Shown here one piece after another: positions 39,592 to 52,303 of a DNA stretch of 64,000 nucleotides. The stretch spans positions 22,072,001 to 22,136,000 of the forward strand of contig OX597824.1 of NCBI GenBank assembly GCA_951406725.2. Direction: 5' to 3'. The notes beneath the pieces were generated by a model. It saw nothing but the letters and a program-made list of their open reading frames with translations. It was not told the DNA's origin and ran no database searches. The position numbers were made by a program, and so were the translations under genes. The DNA comes from Octopus vulgaris. Taxonomy: Eukaryota. The number at the start of each line of letters is the position of its first letter. Within the stretch, counting starts at the first letter, position 1.

Positions 39592-41568
39592 GAAGAATAA
39601 AGGAAGAATACATTGGCCAGTGTAGTTCTGGATGTACAAAATCGACAACATGATCATAACTGGAATGTCTCTGATCATAGCTCACATGAATCCTAAGACA
39701 TTTGACCTGTTAGAAATAGCAGTGAGCTGGCAGAATCGTTAGCACACCGGACAAAATAATTAGCGGCATTTCGTCTGTCTTTACGTTCAGAGTTCAAATT
39801 CCGCCAAGGTCAACTTAGCCTTTCATCCTTTCGGGGTCGATTAAATAAGTACCAGTTACACACTGGGGGTCGATGTAATCGACTTAATCCCTTTGTCTGT
39901 CCTCTCTGTGTTTAGCCCCTTGTGGGTAATAAAGAAATAGGCATTTCGTCTGTCTTTACGTTCTGAGTTCAAATTCCGCCGGGGTCGACTAGGCCTTTCA
40001 TCCTTTCGGGGTCGATTAAATAAGTACCAGTTACACACTGGGGGTCGATGTAATCGACTTAATCCCCTTGTCTGTCTTTGTTTGTCCCCTCTATGTTTAG
40101 CCCCTTGTGGGCAGTAAAGAAATAAGAGATAGCAGCCAGATTCTCTCAAATCCACACCCTACAGTCTTACAATAAAGGAAGAATACATTGACCAGTGGAA
40201 TTCTACATATACAAAAAAAACAACAACAGCAACAACAATATGGTCATAAATTGAACGTCTGTTTGATCATAGCTTACATGAATCATAGCTAAACCTGGTG
40301 GGGATGTGTAAAATGACAAACAACTCTTCACATTTTCCATAGAAGTCTGATGGAAAATTCCTCTAATAACATTGCAAAAACTGTTAAGAGACTTAGTCTC
40401 TCTACAGAGTCATAAAATACACCAAGAGAGAATCACTTTAAATCCCAAATATTGAATATTGCTATCATATATTGGATTGCATAGAAAAACGGAATTCGGA
40501 TCATAGTCATCATCCTAACCTATACGCATTGTTTTTCTTAAAATACTTCTTCAGTCTCTGCCCACACACTCCTCCGCATCGTATTGTGTCTTCTCCCTCT
40601 TATTACTGCTATCCCACTTCACTAGAGTTCATTTAATACACTCGTCTATCTCTGGTTTATTCCTTCAGTGTTATTCTTCGTTCTCTAAATCCTGCATCAG
40701 ACATAACGTTCTCTCTGAAGATTGTTGCACTTTTCAAACTACCTCACTCTCTTTCTTTCTATCTATCTATCTCTCACTCGCTTCTTCTTTCGCTCTCTCT
40801 GTCTTTTCCTCCCTCCATCATGTAATCTGCAACATTAATTTCATTTCTTAAATAATATTAACCGCACCAGCCCCCTCACTTATCTCTCACCCTTCTTATC
40901 TGATTGAAACTCCCAAGTTCCCTTCCTGCTTCGATACAACAATATTAACTACATATCGTTACACACAACATAGTTTCTGCAAAAAAAAAAAAAAAAAAAG
41001 AGAGAAAGAAAAAAGAAAGAAAAGAAAGGAAGGAAAAAGAAAAGAAATATATAAAATACAAAAAAAAATCGTCTTTAGTTACGAGTTGGAAAACTAGTCT
41101 AGAAATCTGCTAATAAAGAGAGTGTACCAATTTACGATATATAATTAATTTTATTATTTCTTAATTAGGTACGAGGTATTAGAATTAAGGAGAAAGAAAA
41201 CTATTCTTTTATTGTTCTTTTTTACTTGTTTCAGTCATTCGACTATGGCCATGCTGGGGCACAGCCTTGGCGAATTTTAGTCGAATGAATCGATTCTCAG
41301 TATTTATTTTTTTAAGCCTGGTAGTTATTCTATTAGTCTCTTTTGCCAAACTGCTAGGTTCCGGGGGGACATGAACATGCCAATAGTGGTTGTCATGTGG
41401 TTGTGGTGGTGGGGGGGCCAACACGCACACACACACACGTCTTAGTAGATTTGGTAGACGGAAACTGAAAGAAGCCTATCATAGCTGTCGAGACACTACA
41501 TCCTTCAAAAATTCCATGGTTCCTGAAATTCGCCAACAGTACACCTGATGTCCTCTGCCCCTGTCGTT

Positions 41569-41599
<31 letters not shown>

Positions 41600-41654
41600 T
41601 GTAGTGCACCTGACCACAGTAAACAAGGTTCATTATTATTATTATTATTATATG

Positions 41655-41848
41655 TAGAAAGCGAAAGCGAGGTAGACCGAGGAAAACGCGGAGGAGGAAA
41701 TTGGGAGGGTTGGCTTGAGAAGGGAGATCGCCCAAACCTGGGCAAGTTGGCGAGATGGTGTGAGGGCGGTTGCTATGGCAATGAGGTAGATCCGGCCACG
41801 CCCGTTAACGGGGACAAAACCCGGATTTAAAACACTGGATGATGATGA
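41655..41848 (+). mobile_element. 5'-truncated RTE LINE 3' end
   Basis: KRGRPRKTR, a ccggccacgcccgttaacggg...ccgg stem-loop and a (GAT)n tail. Confidence 0.65.
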
Positions 41849-43237
41849 TATCTTTTGTAGAAAATATACATCCCAAAAAGGAGGCACACTCTAAGATGTA
41901 GAGCAGTATATATTAAAAAATGGAGAGACAGACCCCAGTCGTTTTCTTTGAGTAGCGCAGCATCTCCCCCTCCATATTTTGATGAGGTCCATGCCCTAAG
42001 CCTAACCCTTTATGGACGGGAAACCTAAGGTAATCCCATAAACTGGCATTCCCCATATATGTGTGTGTGTGGCGAGCTGGCAGAACGTTAGCATGCTGGG
42101 CGAAATACTTAGCGGCAATTCATCTGTATTTACGTTCTGAGTTCAAATTCCACCGAGGTCGACTTTGCCTTTCATCCTTTCGGGGTCGATAAATTAAGTA
42201 CCAGTTGCATACTGTGATCGATCTAATCGTCTAGTCCCCTCCCCCAAAATTTCGGGCCTTGTGCCTAGAGTAGAAAAGAATATATCTATATATATGTCTA
42301 TATCTATATATATATATATATATATATACATACACATACACATGGGCTTTCATTTTCCGTCAACCGAATCTACTCACAAGGCTTTGGTTGGCCCGAGGCT
42401 ATAGTAGAAGGCACTTGCCCAAGGTGCCACGCAGCGGGACTGAACTCAGAACCACATGGCTGGAAAGCAAACTTCTTACCACATGTTAATTTCTTTTTTT
42501 TTTTTTTTTTTCGAAGAACTTTTTTTTTTTTTCCAAGCGATTATTAAATTAAGCCACTACAGTAAATGAGAGCGGAGAAGCAATCTGCAGGTACTCCATA
42601 GCTCCCATCACTCCGATAGGTTCCCAATTAAGAACAAAGCATTCAGTAAAGCGTACCATTCCTATAGCACCGTATAATCTAGACTTCTGTGATCTTAATT
42701 CAAAACACTGATTCAGAAAGAGAAATTTTAAGAATAAAAAAATAAAAAAATTTATAGAGAGGAAAAAAAAATGAAAAATATTCTATGAGACATAAAAATG
42801 GATCAGAAGGTTTCCGAAAGGAGACAGGTCTCTAATTAGATTTCCAAAAATTCCAAAAATCATCTTTAAGGATACTTTACTTTGTCCTTTAAAGGTTAAA
42901 GGAGGTTGATTGTGTTATTGCTAAAAAGAATATATATAAACGGAAATTCTGGGACACGGCTAACCAGAATAGTTCAATAAAAAAAAAAAATGTCCCATTT
43001 ATATCGCTAAATACCTGAGTAATAACGAGACGTTATGGCGTGGTGGTTGTATTTACTGAAGCGAGAATACCGCGTGTGTGAGCGAGTGTGTGTGTTTGTA
43101 TGTGTATGTATGTGTTTAATCTTAGCACAGTAATCACTAAATTACTCGTCACCTATTTCCATTAAGCTTAGTACATCCAACATAACCATATCCTCCGCCT
43201 GTCTGAATAATTTGCTCTCTTATCTCTCTCTCTCTCA

Positions 43238-43276
<39 letters not shown>

Positions 43277-44057
43277 TGTACGTTCCTTGTATGGATTAGT
43301 AAATGCGTACGTATGCATGGGTGCATGCGTGTTTGTGCATGTGTGTGCCCCAGATATTTCATAACCACCAACATCTTGTGTCTCCTGTCCCACTTACGCT
43401 GCTATCATCATCATCTGATGTCACTGGGTGCTCTCCGAAAGGAGGTTTTATCGATCCATTTCAAAGTCAGAAAGCGACAGAATTCTAGCAATATGAAGAT
43501 AGAGAGAGAGAGAGAGAGAGAGACAGAGAAGTGGGGGAGAAAGAAAGAAAGAAGAAAGAGAAAGGGATGTTGGAAAATGAGAACGAAGAGGCATTGTGGA
43601 GGAGGGGAATTCGGCAGATCCAACCAGCTAGCTATTTAGTAATCTGTCGATAGCTGGTTAGAGACGAAAATAAATATTAAAAGCATAAATATATCTGTTC
43701 CTCACATGTAAAGCGATCAAGATTTAAAACGTTCAGTTTCCTTTAGTAATCAGGAAAACCCAGCAAAAATATAAGTTGGTCTTCCACCGCTGATTGTTAT
43801 CTATAAAAAGTGATGGTTAAATGGTTCCAAGTTGGCCAGAGGGTTCCGATGAATTCTTTGTTTCCACAACACAAAGATATTGATTGACAGACGAGGCAGC
43901 GATGTTATTAATGGTACAATAATACGTACACATTAATATACACACACACGCACATGCATACATATATTTGCATATAAACATATATGTATATACATATATG
44001 TGTGTACATGCGTGTATGTTTATTACATACATATATATATATATATATATGTATGTA

Positions 44058-44124
<67 letters not shown>

Positions 44125-44307
44125 TTGTATTCTGTTTTATAGATACAAATTGCACACACCTGAGGCACACGGGGGGTTTTAAACGTAGAACTCGGTGACA
44201 TGAGAAAGCAAAGTTATCAGGAAGAGATAAGCACAGCATTTGCACACACAAATGTGTTTGTTGTGTGTTTTTGTATAGGCATATGCAAATACATATACGT
44301 GTACGTG

Positions 44308-44367
<60 letters not shown>

Positions 44368-44428
44368 TAGATAGATAGGTAGAAAGATAGATAGGTAGAA
44401 AGATAGATAGGTAGAAAGATAGATAGGT

Positions 44429-44501
<73 letters not shown>

Positions 44502-45034
44502 TGCACACACACGTATTTGTGTGTGTGTGTGTGTGTAAATATATATATATATATATATAGATATTTATTTATTATATAGAAGGAGCTTCTACAGGACTAG
44601 AACTGTTTCATTCAAGAGAAATCTTCTGCTATGTATTGAGTACCTTATTTACTGTGGTTAATCCCGAATCAACCCGGGACCTACATATATATAGATATAT
44701 GTAGATATTTCGTTTTTTAATGACTCTCCCCAGACACAATAACACACACATACACACATTTGTATAAGGAGATAGCTCTTTACAAAAGAGACACAGCAAG
44801 AAGTAGGAGTAACAGAGACATTAATAGACAAGAATGAACAAGTAGTAAACAAGAGGGTTTTTGAAGGGAGTAGGGAAGTCGGGGAAGTACATAAACAGAC
44901 TGACTAGTAGAAGTAGTAGTAGTAGTAGTAGTAGAGGGGGGGGGAATACAATGTCAAGAGAAGCACACTTGAAGTACTTGAAATAAAGGTGGGGTATCAT
45001 ATAACCGTCATACTCGTTAATTACTGGTATTTTG

Positions 45035-45469
45035 GGATCTTTTTTGGTTTGAACGGCAGTTTTTTAAAAATAATTTCTAGGTAACTAAAAAAATTTTAAA
45101 CTTCGTATACTGGTAGAATGTGTTTATAAAACATCTTTTTTCTCTTGGCTTTATTGAGAAAATTCTATGGTTTGTAAGATATTTGCTGGGTTTTTTTTTT
45201 CTTCAATTTCTGCAATTTCAACCAATCAATGACGTCCATTGAGGTAAAAAATAAAACATTCTGTGCCGTATGAATATGTCCCTCGTTTAAGAAACAGATT
45301 GGGTTTATTTACATTTGTGAAGAAAAAAAAAGATACCCTTCCCCCCACCCCTAACCCTGACCCTAAAACAGATTGAAATCCAATAGATCGATACTAGGGT
45401 CATAATTATGGGTGACAATTTCATATGACACCGCTAGAAAAAAAACTGCCGTTCAAACCGAAAAGATCC
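45035..45469. mobile_element. MITE with about 30-bp TIRs and 8-bp TSD (Merlin-like)
   Basis: TIR ggatcttttttggtttgaacggcagtttttt / aaaaaactgccgttcaaaccgaaaagatcc; TSD GTATTTTG at 45027-45034 and 45470-45477. Confidence 0.8.
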
Positions 45470-45859
45470 GTATTTTGTTCCTACCGAGAAGAATGTTATC
45501 TTCCTTTTAACATTGTTATGATGAACACAGACTGCGAGCTAACATTTGCATTACATACAAACATACATACATCCATACATAGAGTCATTAAGTGTGCACA
45601 CGCACTAAATTGCAATAGCTATGGAGATTGCCATAAACAAATGAAAGCCGCATAAAATATCTGTGCTGATGTGGGAGGAGTGGTAACAGAGAGGAAAGGA
45701 GGACAACATACCTCTCACCCTCCCACCGTTTCACTTCACTAAGGTCACTAAACCCTTAAGCTTGAAGCAGGAGATAGTTTCTACAATAGGGCTGCTTCAG
45801 AGACACAAATACAGACATACACAATATATATATATATATACACCTACATATATACATAT

Positions 45860-45972
45860 TACTGTTTTACTTGTTTCAGTCATTTGACTGCGGCCATGCT
45901 GGAGCACCGCCTTTAATCGCGCAAATCGACCCTGGGACTTGCATATACATATATAGAGACATATATGCATAT

Positions 45973-46024
<52 letters not shown>

Positions 46025-46228
46025 ATATATTACTCTTTTACTTGTTCAGCCATTTGACTGTGGCCATGCTGGAGCACCGCCTTTAGTCAAGCAAATCGAC
46101 CCCAGGACTTATTCTTTGTGAGCCTAGTACTTATTCTATCAGTCTCTTTTGCCGAACCATTAAGTTACGGGGACGTAAACACACCAGCATCGGTTGTCAA
46201 GCGATGTTGGGGAGACAAACACACATAC

Positions 46229-46291
<63 letters not shown>

Positions 46292-46462
46292 TATATACGA
46301 CAGGCTTCTTTCAGTTTCTGTCTACCAGATCCACTCACAAGGCTTTGGTCAGCCTGAGGCTATAGTAGAAGACACTTGCACAAGGTGCCATGCAGTGGGA
46401 ATGAACCCGGAACCATGTGGTTGGTAAGCAAGCTACTTGCCACACAGCCACTCCTACGCCTA
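45860..46462 (-). mobile_element. SINE-A (46030-46462) plus an extra tail fragment (45860-45940)
   Basis: Reverse complement of family consensus. Confidence 0.85.
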
Positions 46463-46617
46463 TACATACATTGTAACTACACACACACACACACATATAC
46501 GTATCATTTATGTGCCTTTGGACATTTGTGTGTGGCGAGTCGCCTATTTGGCTAAGCGCTTTACCAATGGTCACTCTATGAACTGGCCAGAACTTTTAAC
46601 TTCCTAGAATATATATA

Positions 46618-46833
46618 TACGAGGGGATGCTGAAAAGTTCCTGGTTTTAAGGGCTTTACAGGTATTGCGAAAGGCCTGTCTGGAAGCTCAATCTTCCAAG
46701 GCTTAGAAAAACTGGAGGACCACTGCAAAAAGTGTGTTAATTTGAAAGAAAAATATGTTGAATAAAATCATAATTAACTGATCCTCCTGTATTTTCTTTT
46801 ACGCAAAACCAGAAATTTTTCAGCATCCCCTCA
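46618..46833. mobile_element. mariner-type MITE
   Basis: TA-CGAGGGGATGCTGAAAAGTTCCTGGTTTT / AAAACCAGAAATTTTTCAGCATCCCCTCA. Confidence 0.75.
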
Positions 46834-46875
46834 TTGTGTGTGTGTGTGTGTGTATATATTCATTGTATATATATA

Positions 46876-47276
46876 CTAGCAGTATCGCCCGGCGTTGCTC
46901 GGGTTTGTAAGGGAAATAACTATATAAGCATTTTTAGAGAGTTATAGCCAAAAAATAGAAAAAAATGCATTAAAAATGGAAAAAAAATTATGGTAAATTT
47001 TTTTTAAATTCGTTGACTCATCGTAGACATTTTTAGAGAGTTACTTTTCCCTTATATAATAGCGAAAAAAATGCATTAAAATGGAAAAAAAATGATGGTA
47101 AATTTTTTTTTAAATCGTAGACTCATCGTAGACACGTGCTAATACCCAGAAGGGCTCGATATGAATCACGACTATAAGATTCCCGGTTTTGGTTAAACTG
47201 CACCGCAAAATGTGGGAGTAGTTAGGAATCTAAATCATAGGAGACAGACACACAACTTCACTTTTATATATAAAGA
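46876..47276 (-). mobile_element. Non-autonomous Helitron, family H1, with internal tandem duplication
   Basis: Same termini as 176-577; the block catttttagagagtta...gactcatcgtagaca is present twice. Confidence 0.8.
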
Positions 47277-47301
47277 TATATGTGTGTGTGTATGTATGTA
47301 T

Positions 47302-47419
<118 letters not shown>

Positions 47420-47429
47420 ATACAATATG

Positions 47430-48398
47430 TTACATTACTCGGTAGTCAAGATAAAACTCTGAGTTTCAGATGCCGAAGTGGAAATCCACAACACCATCTC
47501 TTCGGTTATCTGGCTATTTGAAAACGTTATGAAAAAATACCGTTAAAAATGAAGGGAAATTACTCTGTTATAACTCTGCTTTGCCTGCGTACTTATACAT
47601 CGCTCGCATTTTTCGTCATAAAAATTATATAAAAATACATAAAAATATATAAAAATATATAAAAATATATAAAATCTTCTTGGGACATAACACAGAAAGC
47701 ATGTTCTATCCGTTTTCTTTAGGGGACCAAAAACGTAACAGAAATTTAGTCACATGTGGGCATGATCCGAAAAGTTCTGTCCTTGTATTTAGACATGTGG
47801 TAGGGTCTAAGCTGCTTTTCCAGATAAGCCATCTCTCCATGTCGCATAAACCGCACCTTCCGCTGCCGTTAGTATAGGGCTTACATCTGGCCAAAATCTT
47901 CCATTGTATGTTATAATCGACACCTTTATCTCTTAAAGACCAAATATGATTGGATAATTGTGTCGCTTTTCTTTTGTTCCAGTGCCTAAAGCTCAAAGTG
48001 TGGTTATTGAACCTGGCCTTGAAATTACCCTCTGTCAGGCCCACGTATTTCTTCGTCAAAACGGTGTCTTTAGTGGTTATAGAGTTTACGGTAGCTTCAT
48101 ATATGATGGTCTTGGACATGCAAGCTCCATTTAGCGGGCACAATTCTTTATTCCTGCATGAACAGCTGTTTTCTTCTTGTGTTTTTTGTATGTTATGATT
48201 GATTATGTTTTTAAAATTGGTAGTTGAACTAAAACTAATTTTTAAATTGTGTCTATTGAAGAGTTTCCTATAAGCATGGTTAACTGGAAAATGTCTATCT
48301 ATCAGTGCTAGGAAATATTTACCTATATTGAAGGCCACCTCGGGTGAGTAAGGGGGCGTAAACCAGATGACCTTCCTATTTCTATTATTCCTTTTCGC
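47430..48398 (-). mobile_element. Penelope-like element 3' part: GIY-YIG endonuclease domain plus 3' region
   Basis: ORF 47706-48401: RKVIWFTPPYS, CSCRNKELCPLNGAC, IIYEATV...KKYVGLTEGNFKARFNNH, TQLSNHIWSL, CGLC, LNTRTELFGSCPH. These are typical PLE C-terminal motifs; the element abuts (TA)n. Confidence 0.9.
47449..47511 (-). ncRNA. Hammerhead-ribozyme-like motif at the PLE 3' end
   Basis: agataa-CCGAAGA-gatg...catc-t-GAAA-ct-cag-ag-T-T-ttatct: perfect 6-bp stem I, 4-bp stem II, variant core. Confidence 0.55.
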
Positions 48399-48500
48399 CA
48401 TCTACAAAGATGATGCCCTCGCCTTAACAGCTAATACAAATGGACCAGCACAAGATCGTTTTAGGAAGGATATTATCCAGTTAATGAAACACTTCGAGGT
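48399..48500 (+). mobile_element. Inverted fragment of Penelope RT catalytic region
   Basis: IYKDDALALTANTNGPAQDRFRKDIIQLMKHF: a YxDD motif in a PLE-type context, on the strand opposite the adjoining endonuclease piece. Confidence 0.75.
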
Positions 48501-48535
48501 CTCTTTCTTTCTTTTGTTATCTTACCGTTTTATCA

Positions 48536-48567
<32 letters not shown>

Positions 48568-48956
48568 TTGGGTGGAAGCACTCCGTCGGCTACAACGACG
48601 AGGGTTCCGGTTGATCCGAATCAACGGAACAGCCTGCTCGTGAAATTAACGTGTAAGTGGCTGAGCACTCCACATACACGTGTACCTTTAACGCAGTTCT
48701 CGGGGATATTCAGCGTGACACAGAGAGTGACAAGGCCGGCCCTTTGAAATACAGGTACAACAGAAACAGGAAGTAAGAGTGAGAGAAAGTTGTGGTGAAA
48801 GAGTACAGCAGGGATCACCACCATCCCCTGCCAGAGCCTCGTGGAGCTTTTAGGTGTTTTCGCTCAATAAACACTCACAACACCCGGTCTGGGAATCGAA
48901 ACCGCGATGCTATGACCGCGAGTCCGCTGCCCTAACCACTGGGCCATTGCGCCTCC
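48568..48956 (-). mobile_element. SINE-C (tRNA-Arg-like head) with tail Y
   Basis: ggaggcgcaatggcccagtggttagggcagcggactcgcgg...ggtttcgattccc head. Confidence 0.85.
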
Positions 48957-48959
48957 AGA

Positions 48960-51400
48960 ACTATCTATGACTACAAGGGCAAAGGAGATGCTTGAGAATT
49001 TAGCTACAAAAACATTGAATTGATGGGAAAAGCATTATAGCACAACTAATTTAAAAGAAAATTACCTTAAATAAGATGGAATTTGAGTTTGGATCAGGGT
49101 AGAGGTACCATTGATGCTATCTTCCTTATGAGAGAACTATTAAAGTTCTCAACAAAAAGCAAGCCACAAGAGAAAGCCTTTGTCAGGGTAATGCACTGTA
49201 CAGAATAAAACAACACACATGCTCATAGAAATATACATATAAGGCGGTGAGCTGGCAGAATCATTAGCACGCCGGGCGAAATGCTTAGCGGTATTTCATC
49301 TGCCGCTACGTTCTGAGTTCAAATTCCGCCGAGGTCGACTTTGCCTTTCATCCATTCAGGGTTGATTAAATAAGTACTAGTTATGCACTGGGGTCGATAT
49401 AATCGATTTAATCCGTTTGCTTGTCTTTGTTTGTCCCCTGTGTGTAGCCCCTTGTGGGTAGTAAAGAGATAAGCATTTCATCTGCCACTACATCTGAGTT
49501 CAAATTCCGCCGAGGTCGACTTTGCCTTTCATCCTTTCGGGGTCGATTAAATAAGTACCAGTTATGCACTGGGGATCAATGTAAGCGACTTAATCCGTTT
49601 GTCTGTCCTTGTTTGTCCCCTGTGTGTAGCCCCTTGTGGGTAGTAAAGAAATAAGAAATATACACATACAGATGGGGGAGAGAGAGAGAGAGAGAGAAAG
49701 AGGGAGATATGTTCATTGTCATGTATTGTATGCTTGCTGTGTATTGATGACATTACAACAAAAGTCTTCCTAATTAAGCATGTTTTCTCCAGCTTCTTTG
49801 CCATGCTTGTCCAACCAGCTTATGATATTGCCTATCCATTGCATTCTTTGCCTGCCTTTTGATCTACCATCCTCCATTCTTCCATCCATGATAATGCTTG
49901 CCAAACCGCTGCTCCTTTGAATACGGCCATAATAGACAAGCTTCTGTTTTTGTTTTACACAATGTTCAGGTGTTGTCATCTTTCGCCTACCTGTCGCAAC
50001 ACCTTTCATTTGTATGATGATCCTTTAAGAGACGCGTAACATTCTCGTATACATCCACATTTCAAATGCATCGATTATGCTCTCTTCAAATTTGTTCAGA
50101 GTCCATGCTTCACAACCATAAATGCCTATTGGCATTTATAGTTGTGAAAAGATATTACCATTTATGAATTGAATAAGACTGAAATGAACAGCAGTGAGCT
50201 GGTAGAATCATTAGCACGCCGGGCAAAATGCTTAGCGGTATTTCATCTGCTGCTATGTTCTGAGTTCAAATTCCGCCAAGGTCGACTTTGCCTTTCATCC
50301 TTTCAGGGTCGATTAAATAAGTACCAATTATGCACTGGGGTCGATATAATCGACTTAATCCGTTTGTCTGTCCTTGTTTGTCCTCTCTGTGTTTAGCCCC
50401 TTGTGGGCAGTAAAGAAATAGGTATTTTGCCTGCCGTTATGTTCTGAGTTCAAATTCTGCCGAGGTCGACTTTGCCTTTCATCCTTTCGGGGTCGATTAA
50501 ATAAGTACCAGTTATGCACTGGGGTCGATATAATCGACTTAATCCCTTTGTCTGTCCTTGTTTGTTTCCTCTGTGTTTAGCCCCCAGCGGGCAATAAAGA
50601 AATAGATATAAACACTTTCCCTCTCTTCACACACATAAACACAGAGAGAGAGAGAGAGAGAGAGATGGGGAAGGAGGGAACTAGAAAAACATTGAAACGC
50701 CTGATGCCAAACAAGCCAACGTCAAATCAGTGATGCCAAATATGCAATGCCAAAACTTTTCATACTCCTCTGTATGCAGTTTGGGGCTCATTACAAAAAC
50801 TAAGTATGGATGAATAGCATGTGAGAGCTGTGCAACGTATGTACACAGATGTTGTCGGCAAGGCGAGATAGGAATGAATTCAATGAAGAATTGAATATCA
50901 ATGAAGGTGGTTGTTATGACTCGGTTTGTAGCCCACTCTTGTTTCTGATAGTTCTTCAGGCTAAGTGTTTCAAGACTTAGCTAGTTCTTATTATAGAATT
51001 CATCTAAGAATTAGAAAATAAAATTCCAAATGTCAAAGTGAAACCTAGACTTCAGAGATCTTAAAGAAAAGCTGTAAAGCTGGCAAAGAACAACATTTTC
51101 ACTTAGCAGCAAAGATGACAGTCTGCTGTTGTAACCTTGGAACTGCCAATTCTTGTTATACAGAAAAAAATAATAAAGCGGGGAAAAGAAGGCCAATATA
51201 AACTATGGGAGCATGGGAGCACAAAATTTTGCATATAGCAGATGTGCAGGAGTAATTAGCAGTGATAGTATGCAAAAAATGAATTCTTACAAATGCACAA
51301 AAGTCTCCCTAGCTTTTGTGAATAGATTTCACTCCCTAGGTGACCAAACTTGCTGTATAAGATGATATTATGTAAGCACAGAAGCTAGTGTGGAAAACGG
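48960..51400 (+). mobile_element. Old RTE RT-domain relic split by nested insertions (pieces at about 48960-49200 and 50760-51400)
   Basis: GRGTIDAIFLMR..EKAFVRV, then VRAVQRMY...SPLLFLIVLQA. Confidence 0.6.
49720..50125 (-). mobile_element. Decayed RTE (BovB-like) LINE C-terminal fragment
   Basis: YGCEAWTL, IDAFEMWMY, LVYYGRIQR...IMDGRMEDGRSKGRQRMQWIGNI. Confidence 0.8.
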
Positions 51401-51466
51401 ACATAAACAGACAATTACATACATACTCATTATGTAATATATATAAATATACATATATATATATAT

Positions 51467-51696
51467 CTCTTTTACTCTTTTATTTTTTCAGTCATTTGAC
51501 TGTGGACATGCTGGAGCACCGCCTTTAGTCGAACAAATTGACCCCAAGGACTTATTCTTTGTAAGCCTAGTACTTATTCCATTGCTCTTTTTTGCCAAAC
51601 TGCTACGCTACGGTGACGTAAACACACCATCGTCGGTTGTCAAGTGATGTTGGGAGAACAAACAGAGACATACAAACATATACACACACATACATA

Positions 51697-51727
<31 letters not shown>

Positions 51728-51890
51728 GACAAGCTTCTTTCAGTTTCCGCCTACCAAATCCACTCACAAGGCTTTGGTCAGCCCAAGGCTTTAGTGGATG
51801 ACACTTGCCCAAGGTGTCACGCAGTGGGAATAAACCCGGAACCATATGGTTGGTAAGCAAGCTACTTACCACACAGCCACTCCTGCACCT
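51467..51890 (-). mobile_element. SINE-A
   Basis: Reverse complement of family consensus. Confidence 0.9.
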
Positions 51891-52303
51891 ATATATATAT
51901 ATAATATAAATATATGACATATAAAATATATAATGTATATAATAAATATATAACATATATAATAAATATATTATATATATAATAAATATCATCATCATTT
52001 AACATCCACTCTCCATACTGGTATGGTTTGGACAGTTTGACACGGAGCTGACTAGCAGGGAGCTGTCTGGACTCCAACTGTCTGCTGTGGCATGGTTTCT
52101 ATGGCTGGATGCCCTTCGTAATGCCACATATATATATATGCACACACACACACACACACACAGACACATACTTACAAGAACTCAAGCATGTGCTGAACTT
52201 ATAAAACATTAAATATGCATTGAATTCAGCATAAATACCTATTGGCATTTATAGTTGTGAAAAGATATTACCATTTATATATTGAATAAGACTGATATAA
52301 ACA

